From an uncultured archaeon (lineage in GTDB: Archaea > Altiarchaeota > Altiarchaeia > JAFGQM01), in the NCBI GenBank assembly GCA_964619365.1, contig CAZUDQ010000001.1, positions 121,742 to 185,741 on the forward strand: 64,000 nucleotides of DNA, written 5' to 3'. Below, piece after piece: positions 1 to 9,486 of this stretch. The position numbers were made by a program, and so were the translations under genes. The notes beneath the pieces were generated by a model that did no database searches, was not told where the DNA came from, and worked only from the letters and a program-made list of their open reading frames with translations. Positions within the stretch are counted from its first letter, which is position 1; each line of letters begins with the position of its first letter.

Positions 1-2328
1 ATAATATTCACCCATTCGGCGACCAATTTCCAGTGAATTGCCTATTGCACCTGCCCGTGGGGCTGAAAATGCAAACTCGTTGTCAACATAGATAAAAGCA
101 TCTGAGCCGTCATACCCATAAACAACATGATGCCATGTGTTAGCTGAATATGTATCTGGAGTGTCAATCCAATTGCTTTGTGCGGTTTGCAATCGATATG
201 CGCCGGTGGAAAGGACTTGTAAGTCCATGGCGTAGTTATTCTCAAAAGTTACAAATGAGGCTACTGCAGGCAACGCTTCGGTTTTCACCCAGACAGAAGC
301 TGTCCAGACAGAAGGCTGGCTAAATGATTTACTTAGGTAACTGCTACCGTCAAACTCTCTTGCGTAGCTACACATCCCATCTGTTGATGTAGTACCATGG
401 TCCGTTACTCCCTCGCCCGGGTTTGACGGGTCGTCAAACGGCAAATAAAGGACTAATCCATCTTCTAAAGTCAACGGCTGCACTGGCGCGCCACATATAC
501 CTATTTTATATATATAAGGGCCTCCTGCAGGGTCATTTATCGATAGTCCCCCACCGATTGCATTAACACTACCGCGGCATTGCAAGCGCGAGAATGAGGT
601 CATACTAAGTATCGGGATATCATATTGCATGTTATATGGGTTAACATAAGACTCTTTCACACCGTCAATGTATATGGCTCCCCTATACGCAGCTGGGCAA
701 CCACCATGTGCGCCTATGCGGTCTTTATCATGATGAGCTATTGTCAATTTGCCATCATTCATCAGGATAGAATCATGTCCGTCAACACACGCCTCAAAGA
801 CAAAACATTCATCATCACCAACTGGAGTCACTGGCGTACATGAGTCTCCCTGCCAGAGTAGCCTTGGGTACTCCTGCTCGTTGCACGATGCGTCCCATGG
901 CGGGAAAGACCAGCTGTTGATTGGGTAATACGCGTAGTTCTTAAACACACTTGTCGTTGTCATCTTGTGGCATCCCTCGTTCCCCCCATTATAGCAGTCA
1001 TTTGGGGCATTTGTGTCAATATCCAACCAGTATGAATCCGCAATTGTCGTTCCAGCGTCTTTATTATAAGCTATACCTCCGGCCTTGAATGTACAAATAG
1101 TCGAACTGAACCTATTTTGGAATGTGGGTATTGCAAATGAACCCCGTATGCTCGAACCGCTCGCATCATATATCAGACCACCTACCCTGCATCCTTCTAC
1201 AGTCCCTGTCACATAAGAGTTAATTACTGAGGAAGACTCATCTTCATAGATAAGGCCACCTGAATTCCAGCCAGTAACCTCCCCTGAGAAGTATGAGTTG
1301 GATATCGTTGAGCTGTAAGACTTATCGATAAATCCACCTGCATTGCTTGGACCGGTCACTGTCCCTGAAAAGTATGAGTCAGAAATCTGTGAGCTATGAG
1401 CCTCACCGATAATACCTCCAGTCTCTTCACCACTGACTGTTCCAGAATATGAGGATTCATATATTGTAGAGCTGCTGTCATAACCAAAGAAGCCACCTAT
1501 TATCGTTGCACTTGCAGAACTGCTTGTAGACCCAGAAATCAAAACAGACGTTATGCTCGCGCCATTTGCGTTTCCGGCAAGGGCGCCGACGTATTCTTCT
1601 CCCTTAACTGATACGCTTTCTAAGAGAATATCTTTTACCTCGCCCTCCAAGAAAGCAAAGAGTCCGGCATTGTTGCCTGCTATATCCACATTCAAGTTAG
1701 TTATAGAATTTCCATCCCCATCAAGAACTCCCTGGAACGGGTCAGCTTCTGTGCATAACGGCTGCCATGAAATTCCTGTAAGGTCAATGTCCTGTATTAT
1801 TAAATATGAGAAATTGGAAACTTCACAAATTGCTTGCAAATCTGTTGGCGTTTCTACTAAACAGGGTTCTGCGTACGTTCCATGACCATCCATTCCTGCC
1901 GGGCAGGCTGTTGCACAATCATCGTCATCATAGTCTGTTAAATTGTCGCAATCGTTGTCAAGGCCGTCATCACATATCTCTACTACCGGAAAATTGATTG
2001 GTTCGCATGGGCCAACAAAAAGAGAGGTTGTGCATTTCTCTTCGCCTTGTGCACAAATTCCAAAAAGTCCAGTGTCACACTCAAAAGTTTCGCCAGGCGA
2101 ACATTCCCTGCGGCTTGAATCTATGTGACAAGTCGTGTTGCATAGTCCCAAGTTTTCTGTCCGGTAAGCCTTATCAACTTGGCATTTTGAACAGTCTATA
2201 TTCTCAGATGAGATGTTTTTTGCTTCTTCGCTTGAACTTTGGATGAATACAAAGACTGCTGTTATGACCCCGAGGACAACGACAATTATGAGCAGGTACT
2301 CCAGTGATGTTTGAGCTTTATCTTTCAT
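1..2328 (-). CDS. Large class III signal peptide (archaeal pilin-like) surface protein with Cys-rich, GLUG-like repeat and LamG-like regions; partial, runs off left edge (>=776 aa)
   Basis: Not in ORF track because no stop is reached. Manual translation from ATG 2328 gives MKDKAQTSLEYLLIIVVVLGVITAVFVF (K-A-Q-x-S-L-E-Y prepilin motif plus hydrophobic helix), then EICDDGLDNDCD, FQGVLDGDGNSITNL, repeated S-Y-F-S-G-x-V-x-G...GG units, and finally DGLVLYLPFD...WTASVWVK...WHHVVYGYDG (LamG-like). Confidence 0.85.
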   Translation of the reverse strand, partial: MKDKAQTSLEYLLIIVVVLGVITAVFVFIQSSSEEAKNISSENIDCSKCQVDKAYRTENLGLCNTTCHIDSSRRECSPGETFECDTGLFGICAQGEEKCTTSLFVGPCEPINFPVVEICDDGLDNDCDNLTDYDDDDCATACPAGMDGHGTYAEPCLVETPTDLQAICEVSNFSYLIIQDIDLTGISWQPLCTEADPFQGVLDGDGNSITNLNVDIAGNNAGLFAFLEGEVKDILLESVSVKGEEYVGALAGNANGASITSVLISGSTSSSASATIIGGFFGYDSSSTIYESSYSGTVSGEETGGIIGEAHSSQISDSYFSGTVTGPSNAGGFIDKSYSSTISNSYFSGEVTGWNSGGLIYEDESSSVINSYVTGTVEGCRVGGLIYDASGSSIRGSFAIPTFQNRFSSTICTFKAGGIAYNKDAGTTIADSYWLDIDTNAPNDCYNGGNEGCHKMTTTSVFKNYAYYPINSWSFPPWDASCNEQEYPRLLWQGDSCTPVTPVGDDECFVFEACVDGHDSILMNDGKLTIAHHDKDRIGAHGGCPAAYRGAIYIDGVKESYVNPYNMQYDIPILSMTSFSRLQCRGSVNAIGGGLSINDPAGGPYIYKIGICGAPVQPLTLEDGLVLYLPFDDPSNPGEGVTDHGTTSTDGMCSYAREFDGSSYLSKSFSQPSVWTASVWVKTEALPAVASFVTFENNYAMDLQVLSTGAYRLQTAQSNWIDTPDTYSANTWHHVVYGYDGSDAFIYVDNEFAFSAPRAGAIGNSLEIGRRMGEYY

Positions 2329-2347
2329 TTATTTTTCGTTATGGCAT

Positions 2348-2665
2348 TTAGGGCATAGGAACTTCCCAATTACCGCTATCTCCGTCGCAATTTAGGATTA
2401 TTTCTTCTCCTGAATGGATTATTGTCTTTGTGTCGCCACTCTCACAAATTCCAGCATCGTTTGGGTCAAGGTCGCATTCGTATAACTCACCTGGCGTACA
2501 TTTTTCCGGGCTTGTCTGGCAGGATATGCACGATTTTGAGCTTATTGCCTGCTGAGATATTTGCTTTGTTGAGCCCTGCTGGAAAGTGAGAATTGCAATA
2601 ACGACAATTAGCGCGATTACAGAAACTAGCATATATTCTAGTGCAGTCTGACCTTTTTGGTTCAT
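2348..2665 (-). CDS. Small class III signal peptide (pilin-like) Cys-rich protein
   Basis: MNQKGQTALEYMLVSVIALIVVIAIL: KGQxxLEY prepilin cleavage motif plus hydrophobic stretch; Cys pattern shared with the neighbouring large ORF. Confidence 0.85.
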   Translation of the reverse strand: MNQKGQTALEYMLVSVIALIVVIAILTFQQGSTKQISQQAISSKSCISCQTSPEKCTPGELYECDLDPNDAGICESGDTKTIIHSGEEIILNCDGDSGNWEVPMP

Positions 2666-2703
2666 AATTTAATGATTAATTAATACCCTAATGTTAAAAA
2701 GAT

Positions 2704-3234
2704 ATGAGGCTTTTTGTAGCAATTAGTATTCCGGATGAGATAAGAAAGAGACTTTGCACGATTGAACTACCCCGTTCTGGCAGTATAAAGCCTGTTTCAG
2801 AGGAAAATCTGCATCTGACTCTTAAATTCCTTGGTGAATACGACGCATCTACAGTAAAGAAACAAATATCGGATGTCCGAGGGGTGGCACCATTTAAGGT
2901 GAAAATAGAGGGTCTGGGGCTTTTTCCGAATATTTCACGGGCAAGGGTGCTTTGGGCAGGAATCTCAGACGGGGAGACCGAAATAATGGGTTTGCACGAC
3001 AAAATCGAAGAAACCCTCCGCGATTTTCCGGGGGATGATAAATTCTCGTCACATGCGACAATTGCAAGGATGAAATGCCCTCCTGAAAAAGAGCTTCTTG
3101 ATGACTTGTTGGGGCGTTATGAGAAAACTATTTTTGGCGAGTTTGAAGTATCTTCCTTTGAACTCATGGCAAGCGAGCTTTCCGCTTCAGGTCCAAAATA
3201 CTCGGTTGTAAAGTCTTATGATTTAATAAAATAG
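2704..3234 (+). CDS. thpR: RNA 2',3'-cyclic phosphodiesterase (2H phosphoesterase, LigT/ThpR family)
   Basis: MRLFVAI start, two HxT motifs (HLTLKFLG, HATIAR), RVLWAG. Confidence 0.93.
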   Translation: MRLFVAISIPDEIRKRLCTIELPRSGSIKPVSEENLHLTLKFLGEYDASTVKKQISDVRGVAPFKVKIEGLGLFPNISRARVLWAGISDGETEIMGLHDKIEETLRDFPGDDKFSSHATIARMKCPPEKELLDDLLGRYEKTIFGEFEVSSFELMASELSASGPKYSVVKSYDLIK

Positions 3235-3260
3235 CCCGGCAAAGTCTTGCGGTTAATAAA

Positions 3261-4358
3261 ATGTTTGGGGGACTAAAAAAGCTCTTTAAGAAGGCTGAGG
3301 ATGAAGCCTTAGAAAAAGTAGAAGAGAAGATAGAGGAACTTCCAGAGGAAGAAATTGTTGAGGAAGAGTTAGAAGTAGAAACTCCCCTTCCTGAAAAAGA
3401 GCCTGAAGACCTCGCCTTGCGAAAAAGTATTGATGCGACAGAGGAATTCACGCGTGATGCCGATTCGCGCGTTGAAAAGAAAGTCAAAATCGGATTTAGG
3501 TCCAAACTCAAAACAAGCCTTGGCGCAAGCGCAAAGCTCTCAGAGTCAGAAATTGAAGATATCACGTGGAACCTTCAGATGGGACTTCTTTCAAGCGACG
3601 TTGCATTGGAAGTCGCTGAGGTGATAACAGAAAGGCTAAAAGAAAGGCTTGGAAGCGAGTCTTTCAAAGATCCAAAAGGTCAGATTAGGCAGATATTTAA
3701 GGAGACTCTTGTTGAGATACTTGAATCTGGGGGCAAACTTGACTTTATGGATTTTATCAAATCACAGGATAAGCCTGTAAAGATAGTATTTTTCGGAATA
3801 AACGGTTCTGGAAAGACGACAACTATTTCAAAAATCATAAAGATGCTTCAGGATTCGGGAATGAGTGTTGTTGTTGCGGCAGGCGATACTTTCCGAGCCG
3901 GCGCGCAAGAGCAGCTTGGCGAGCACGCAAAAAGGCATGATGTAAAAATGATTCACCATCAGCGCGGGGGCGACGCCGCGGCCGTTGTCTTTGATGCAAT
4001 AGAGCACGCAAAAGCCCAGGGAATTGACGTGATGCTTGCCGACACGTCAGGTAGAATGCAATCAGATTCAGACCTTATGGGGGAAATGGAAAAGATAGTA
4101 AGAGTCAACCAGCCAGACTTAAAAGTGTTTGTGGGTGATGCCCTTTGTGGAAATGATGCTGTTGACCAAGGTCGTGAATTTTCAGATAAGATTGGAATTG
4201 ATGCCTGCATACTCACAAAGTGTGATGCTTCTAGGGGTGGAGCTGCGCTGTCTGTAAGCTATATAACAAAAAAACCCATAATATTTCTGGGAATGGGGCA
4301 GGGTTATGACGACCTTGAGATTTTTGATGCAAAATCCTTTGTTGACAGAGTAATCTAG
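3261..4358 (+). CDS. ftsY: Signal recognition particle receptor FtsY
   Basis: Acidic N-terminus, GINGSGKTTT, DTFRAGA, DTSGR, TKCD, GQGYDDL. Confidence 0.96.
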   Translation: MFGGLKKLFKKAEDEALEKVEEKIEELPEEEIVEEELEVETPLPEKEPEDLALRKSIDATEEFTRDADSRVEKKVKIGFRSKLKTSLGASAKLSESEIEDITWNLQMGLLSSDVALEVAEVITERLKERLGSESFKDPKGQIRQIFKETLVEILESGGKLDFMDFIKSQDKPVKIVFFGINGSGKTTTISKIIKMLQDSGMSVVVAAGDTFRAGAQEQLGEHAKRHDVKMIHHQRGGDAAAVVFDAIEHAKAQGIDVMLADTSGRMQSDSDLMGEMEKIVRVNQPDLKVFVGDALCGNDAVDQGREFSDKIGIDACILTKCDASRGGAALSVSYITKKPIIFLGMGQGYDDLEIFDAKSFVDRVI

Positions 4359-4424
4359 AATTTTGCCGGTTTTAAGGGCAAAAACAAGAGACCTTTTTAT
4401 ATTACACTACTCAAATTACCCGCA

Positions 4425-4595
4425 ATGACTGAAGCTCCAGAACAAAGGAAGCCAAGAAAGACGCACGGGCACAAAGTCTGTGCACGCTGTGGCGAGAAGA
4501 GTTATCATGTCGGCAAGAAGAAATGCGCTTCTTGCGGATACGGACAAACTTCACGGAGGAATGACACCTCCCCAAGATGCAAGCGAAAGAGCTAG
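4425..4595 (+). CDS. rpl37e: 50S ribosomal protein L37e (eL37), 56 aa
   Basis: Below ORF-track length cutoff; manual translation MTEAPEQRKPRKTHGHKVCARCGEKSYHVGKKKCASCGYGQTSRR... matches the eL37 zinc finger CxxCG-x-SYH-x5-CxxCG(Y/F)G. Confidence 0.85.
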   Translation: MTEAPEQRKPRKTHGHKVCARCGEKSYHVGKKKCASCGYGQTSRRNDTSPRCKRKS

Positions 4596-4680
4596 GCTTT
4601 TACTTCTAAGTTCTTACAAGGAGAAATTCTCCAGGCACCCGCTTATAAGTATAAGTAGCAATAGCTGTATAATTTAAGAT

Positions 4681-5316
4681 ATGGAAAGAGCGCCCGTACC
4701 CATGCCAAAAGTCAGTCCGCAAAGGCCGCAGACCCTCCGAAGACCCAGCCCTTGGAAATATCCACAGGAAGAACCCACGATATCCTTTAGCTATGTTGAA
4801 ATAGCATCTGTTCTTATCTCAATACTAACTGTAATATTCGCTTTTTCAGTATTTGGAATAAGCGACTCTGGCCTAATCCTTGGAGTTGCCCTTGGTTTTG
4901 CTGTGCATGAAATTGCCCACAAGCTTGTTGCCCAAAAGATGGGCTTTAAGTCTACATATAAAATCTGGCTGATTGGTCTTGTCCTTGTTCTTGCTATGGC
5001 ACTGATAACAAAGGGGAAATTCATATTTGCGGCGCCGGGTTATGTTGTTACTTACGGTCCAGCCACAGTCGCTGACATCGGCAAGATATCTCTTGCGGCA
5101 CCTCTTGCAAACCTTGCCCTTGCAGGAGTGTTTATATTGCTTGGAGGTTCCTTTTGGCTTGCGGGGGCCTATATCAACATACTTCTTGCAGTATTCAATT
5201 TGCTCCCTATTCCCCCACTTGACGGAAAGAAAGTAATAGACTGGAGTAAAGGTGCCTGGGGCGCGTCGTTCTTATGCTCGGTTCTAGCGGGCCTTTATCT
5301 TTTCTCGCTTGTTTAA
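4681..5316 (+). CDS. Site-2 protease family (M50) intramembrane zinc metalloprotease
   Basis: HEIAH (HExxH) and [11 protein letters not shown] motifs within hydrophobic segments. Confidence 0.9.
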   Translation: MERAPVPMPKVSPQRPQTLRRPSPWKYPQEEPTISFSYVEIASVLISILTVIFAFSVFGISDSGLILGVALGFAVHEIAHKLVAQKMGFKSTYKIWLIGLVLVLAMALITKGKFIFAAPGYVVTYGPATVADIGKISLAAPLANLALAGVFILLGGSFWLAGAYINILLAVFNLLPIPPLDGKKVIDWSKGAWGASFLCSVLAGLYLFSLV

Positions 5317-5855
5317 GCCATAAGACCCGAAAAGAACTTGTTTAGTTCACGTACTCTTTTTGCAGGCTCGCTTCTTTTTCCGTGTTTTTTCTCAAAATCT
5401 ACCTGAGCCCAAGACGCATCCATCAAAGTATCATCATCGACAAGATTGTCTGAATAAGCTATTATTTTCTCTTCTATTGTTTTTGGAACATATCGCCCCG
5501 GAGGAAGTCCCATTTTTTCAGCTTCTTGTTCTGATATTCCTGCGCCAAGATGCCTTTCGCATATTCTTGCTATCTTCTCAAAATTAACGTCATCTGGACC
5601 TCCATTTTTCATTGAGCGCATTATTTCGGCACCCACGATACCGTGGTCTATGCCATGGGACTTAGCTCTTCCAATATCATGGAGGAGCGCGCCAGCTTTA
5701 ACTAGTGTCAGATTGATTTTGAGGCTGGGATTTGTCTTCTTTATCTTTGAGACGGTCTTTAGACAGGATTTCAAAACTGCCTCCGAATGTGCCATGACTT
5801 CTGGGCAGGCTCCTTGCTCCAAAAGAAGTTTTCTGCCTGATTTTTCATCAAGCAT
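5313..5855 (-). CDS. HD-domain (HDIG) phosphohydrolase
   Basis: [31 protein letters not shown]. Confidence 0.88.
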   Translation of the reverse strand: MLDEKSGRKLLLEQGACPEVMAHSEAVLKSCLKTVSKIKKTNPSLKINLTLVKAGALLHDIGRAKSHGIDHGIVGAEIMRSMKNGGPDDVNFEKIARICERHLGAGISEQEAEKMGLPPGRYVPKTIEEKIIAYSDNLVDDDTLMDASWAQVDFEKKHGKRSEPAKRVRELNKFFSGLMA

Positions 5856-6378
5856 TTTGAAGGCGAGAAGGTAAAGGGCCTATCAGCTCAAGCATTGCTT
5901 TTATTTCCTCCATCTCTTTTTTTATCTCGCGCCCTTCTGCTATCGGATCTACAGGTTTAAGCATGGCATTGCATTTCTGGCAGCGGAAATTGTTGTCGTA
6001 TGCTTCAGTAAATGTTATCCTCTCACACTCATTCTCACACTTGAAGAAAGTAGAATCGGATATCTCCTGGAGCTCGCGCCTGAGGCGCATGAGTTTAGAT
6101 GTTGCATGGTTTATGGTGCTTGGATGTATGTGCTCTTCGCAAAGAACCCATGTGTATTTGAACCAGCCTTTTTCTGCATCGCGGTCTGAGTCATAAGAAA
6201 CGATGTTGTGTTTATGGAGTAAATTTAATGTGGCGCGCACGCGGGTTATCGGAATTTGTGTTCGTTCCTGAATCATAAGATCTGTTGAAGGTGCTGAAAG
6301 GGATCTAATCACCTTTATTCCTTCATTGCCCACCATCTCATAAAGTATGAGAGAGATGGTTTCGTCTCTTGCCCCCAT
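5848..6378 (-). CDS. tfe: Transcription factor E (TFE, TFIIE-alpha homologue)
   Basis: Winged helix with VRATLNLL..GWFKYTW and zinc ribbon FFKC-x3-C..F..A...F-x-C-x2-C. Start placed at ATG 6378 (MGARDE) rather than 6495, which overlaps trm56. Confidence 0.88.
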   Translation of the reverse strand: MGARDETISLILYEMVGNEGIKVIRSLSAPSTDLMIQERTQIPITRVRATLNLLHKHNIVSYDSDRDAEKGWFKYTWVLCEEHIHPSTINHATSKLMRLRRELQEISDSTFFKCENECERITFTEAYDNNFRCQKCNAMLKPVDPIAEGREIKKEMEEIKAMLELIGPLPSRLQNA

Positions 6379-6461
6379 AGTGTTATTAGTTTGAAGGACA
6401 CTACTTAAAAATAGGGGAAGTGGGGCTATTATTTTTCTATTCCTCTTTTTAGAAAATAAGC

Positions 6462-6998
6462 CTACGGTGTGAGTATATCCTTGCCTTGTTGGCAAGGCTT
6501 TATTGCAATTTTAGCGTCCGGGAAATCCTTGTCAAATTCCAAACCGTTTTGGAGCCTGTCAAGAAAGACTGCAAGTGCCGAAATCTCAGAATGCGGTTGT
6601 GATGTGACGGCAACATTAAAGTCAGAGGATTCATACACTTCAAAGGGCACTTTTTCGCCCCCGACAACGATTAAAACCTTGCCGTCTGGACCCGCCTTTT
6701 TTGCGACTTTTGGGGCGGTTTCCCGCACTGGCATGCCATACATTGTCAGGTGGGCAATAACCCATCCGTTTTCTTTATATTCCTTTAATGTAGAGCGCCA
6801 AGACTTGACAAACTCTGCTGAAAAATCCCCACCCCATCGTTCTACAATTTTCATTAAAGATTCTGCAAGGTGGGGGTCACGCTGCCCTCCAATAAGTATT
6901 TTTTCTGCGCCAAATGCACGACCCACGAGACCTAGATGTGTTGTCACGCGCTTGTCGCGCTCTGCTCGGTGCGAAAGACGCAATATATGAATTTCCAT
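6462..6998 (-). CDS. trm56: tRNA (cytidine(56)-2'-O)-methyltransferase
   Basis: LRLSHR..RDKRVTTH, HLTMYG, VVGGEKVP, QPHSEISALAVFLDR. Confidence 0.95.
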   Translation of the reverse strand: MEIHILRLSHRAERDKRVTTHLGLVGRAFGAEKILIGGQRDPHLAESLMKIVERWGGDFSAEFVKSWRSTLKEYKENGWVIAHLTMYGMPVRETAPKVAKKAGPDGKVLIVVGGEKVPFEVYESSDFNVAVTSQPHSEISALAVFLDRLQNGLEFDKDFPDAKIAIKPCQQGKDILTP

Positions 6999-7091
6999 TA
7001 TGTCCGGGATTTATTCCTGTTTAGCTTCCTTTTTTGTGCTTTTATAATAAAAACGGCAATATAAGAGGCTTTTAGGGGTCAAGATAAAGAA

Positions 7092-8318
7092 ATGGCACGA
7101 ATTGTAGTAAAATTCGGAGGCACGTCCGTTGGAAACGGAGAGAAGGTGCGAAATGCTGCGCGAAGCATTGTTAAGGAAGCAGAGCGCGGAAATGAACTTA
7201 TCGTTGTAACATCAGCCATGGGTAAGACCACTAACGGTCTTCTCGAGGCTCTTACCCTTTCTACTGAAGGAAAGTTCACAGCACAACAGAAAGACGAGGT
7301 GGCTGCAATGGGGGAGCGCACGGCAGTGCGCGTTCTTGCATCATCAATAGAGTCGCTTGGAAAGAAGGCGAAGTTCATAGACCCCTCCTCAGACGAGTGG
7401 CCAACAAGGACAGATTCAAAATTCACAAACGCAAATATCGATATTGACGCAACAAAAGCGGTATGTAAAGAGAAGATTGAGCCGCTGATTAAGGAAGGAA
7501 TAATCCCTGTAGTTTGTGGCTTCCTTGGCACTGATGATGAAGGTAACATAACTACAATAGGACGCGGAGGCAGTGATACAACGGCAGTAATGCTTGGGAA
7601 CTGTCTTGATGCTGATGTAGTCATAATAGTTACTGATGTTGATGGAGTCTATTCAGGCGACCCGCGTGTCGTTGACGACGCCGAGCTTGTGCCAGAAATC
7701 GATGTCTCGGTCCTTTGGGATCTTGCGATTGCAGGAGCAAAGGTAATGAAATGGGACTCTCTTCTCTACAAGGGAGACAAATGCACTCTAAAAATTGTTA
7801 ACAACCGCCATATGGACCTTTCGGCCGATGGTACGGAGATAAAAGGAGAATTTATGGAAGTATCTGTTTCAAAAATGGAAAAAGCTCTTGGCAGTGTTAC
7901 TGTTGCGGGCAAGGAAATAATAGATTACCCCGGGCTTCTTGCAAAGACTAGCGAGATACTTGGCGACCTTGGAATAAACATCTGGGGGATAACTGTGGCT
8001 CCCGACTCAATGAGCTATTTCATTCTTGAAGACAAGATTGAAGAAGCGACAAAGGAGCTTCATGAGTTTGTCCTAAAGGATGAGCATGCAATCTCAGTAG
8101 CTGGCGCAAAAGAAATTGGCTTGGCTTATGTTACAAGCCCCGATTTTCTTGACGAGCCTGGCGCCCTTGGAGAAATCACGGGAGCAATTGCTGAGGCTGG
8201 AATAAACATCAAGGAGATAACGACGTCAAAAAGCCAGATTATGGTATTTGTCGACTACGCTAACCTTGATGCAGTCTATGAGATTCTCAAGCTTATGTTT
8301 GAGAAAAGTAAAAAATAA
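7092..8318 (+). CDS. lysC: Aspartate kinase with ACT domains
   Basis: VVKFGGTSV, SAMGKTT, GRGGSDTTA, TDVDGVYSGDPR, two C-terminal ACT-like repeats. Confidence 0.95.
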   Translation: MARIVVKFGGTSVGNGEKVRNAARSIVKEAERGNELIVVTSAMGKTTNGLLEALTLSTEGKFTAQQKDEVAAMGERTAVRVLASSIESLGKKAKFIDPSSDEWPTRTDSKFTNANIDIDATKAVCKEKIEPLIKEGIIPVVCGFLGTDDEGNITTIGRGGSDTTAVMLGNCLDADVVIIVTDVDGVYSGDPRVVDDAELVPEIDVSVLWDLAIAGAKVMKWDSLLYKGDKCTLKIVNNRHMDLSADGTEIKGEFMEVSVSKMEKALGSVTVAGKEIIDYPGLLAKTSEILGDLGINIWGITVAPDSMSYFILEDKIEEATKELHEFVLKDEHAISVAGAKEIGLAYVTSPDFLDEPGALGEITGAIAEAGINIKEITTSKSQIMVFVDYANLDAVYEILKLMFEKSKK

Positions 8319-8384
8319 TTTATTTTCTTTTTTTATGATTTGGGTATTTCCCTAAAATCAATAAAAATTAGCTAAAACGCCAAA

Positions 8385-9452
8385 ATGGATAAGTTAAAAG
8401 TCGGTGTCCTCGCGGGGACTGGAATGGTAGGTCAGAAGTATATAACTTTGCTTCAGGACCACCCCTGGTTTGAGGTCACATTCGTCTCCGCGAGCCCCAG
8501 AAGTGCGGGGAAAAAATACGCGGAGGCCGTTTCCGGTCGCTGGCATATGCAAGAAGACATCCCTGAAAATGTCAGGGACATTGTAGTAGAAGATGCAGCA
8601 GACCTAGCCAAAGCTAAAGATTGCGATTTTCTCTTCTCTGCCCTTGGTTCGGGGCCTGCTAAAGAGCTTGAGCACAAATACGCAGAGATGGGAATCCCTG
8701 TTGTATCAAACGCGAGTGCGCACAGGCACACTCCAGATGTTCCTATGATAATCCCTGAAGTAAATCCAGAACATGCAGACATCATTCCGATTCAGCAGAA
8801 GAACCGCGGCTGGGATAATGGCTTTATTGCAGTTAAGCCAAACTGCTCGCTTCAAAGTTACATGACCCCACTTTTTGCCTTGGGCAAGGAATTTGGGTTA
8901 AAGAAGGTCATCATAACTACCCTTCAGGCAGTTTCAGGTGCAGGTTACCCTGGTGTTGCCTCGTGGGACGCAATTGATAACATAGTTCCTTACATCGGTG
9001 GCGAAGAGGAAAAAAGCGAGCGTGAACCGCTAAAGATACTCGGTAAGGTTGATGGGGATAAAATCTCATATGCACAAGGTATTGATATTTCTGCTCACTG
9101 TAACCGTGTTCCTGTCCTTGACGGGCACACGGCGTGCGTTTCAGTTGAGTTTGAGAACTCGCCTTCAAAAGAAGAGATACTTTCAATCTGGAAGGGTTTT
9201 AGGGGAGAACCGCAGAACTTAAAGCTTCCGTTTGCGCCAAGCCAGCCGATAATCTATCGCGAGGAAGAAAACAGGCCTCAGCCGCGCCTTGACCGTGATA
9301 CTGATAAGGGTATGGCAGTAACTGTCGGACGCCTGCGCGAGTGTAATGTCTTTGACTGGCGCTTTGTGGGCCTTTCCCACAACATAATTAGAGGTGCTGC
9401 TGGCGGAGGAATTCTTAACGCAGAGCTTCTAAAGGCAAAGGGTTACCTCTAA
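8385..9452 (+). CDS. asd: Aspartate-semialdehyde dehydrogenase (archaeal type)
   Basis: GTGMVGQ, PEVNPEH, PNCS catalytic Cys, QAVSGAG, HNIIRGAAG. Confidence 0.96.
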   Translation: MDKLKVGVLAGTGMVGQKYITLLQDHPWFEVTFVSASPRSAGKKYAEAVSGRWHMQEDIPENVRDIVVEDAADLAKAKDCDFLFSALGSGPAKELEHKYAEMGIPVVSNASAHRHTPDVPMIIPEVNPEHADIIPIQQKNRGWDNGFIAVKPNCSLQSYMTPLFALGKEFGLKKVIITTLQAVSGAGYPGVASWDAIDNIVPYIGGEEEKSEREPLKILGKVDGDKISYAQGIDISAHCNRVPVLDGHTACVSVEFENSPSKEEILSIWKGFRGEPQNLKLPFAPSQPIIYREEENRPQPRLDRDTDKGMAVTVGRLRECNVFDWRFVGLSHNIIRGAAGGGILNAELLKAKGYL

Positions 9453-9486
9453 GCCTTCTTTTCTTTATTTTTACTTTTTTATAAAA

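Noticed and set aside
42-2246. Short track ORFs at 42-245, 625-843, 1553-1885, 1806-1997, 1943-2128 and 1998-2246
   Set aside because: Shadows of the long minus-strand ORF 1-2328
4480-4677. Track ORF of 65 aa
   Set aside because: Overlaps the eL37 gene in another frame and has no recognisable motif
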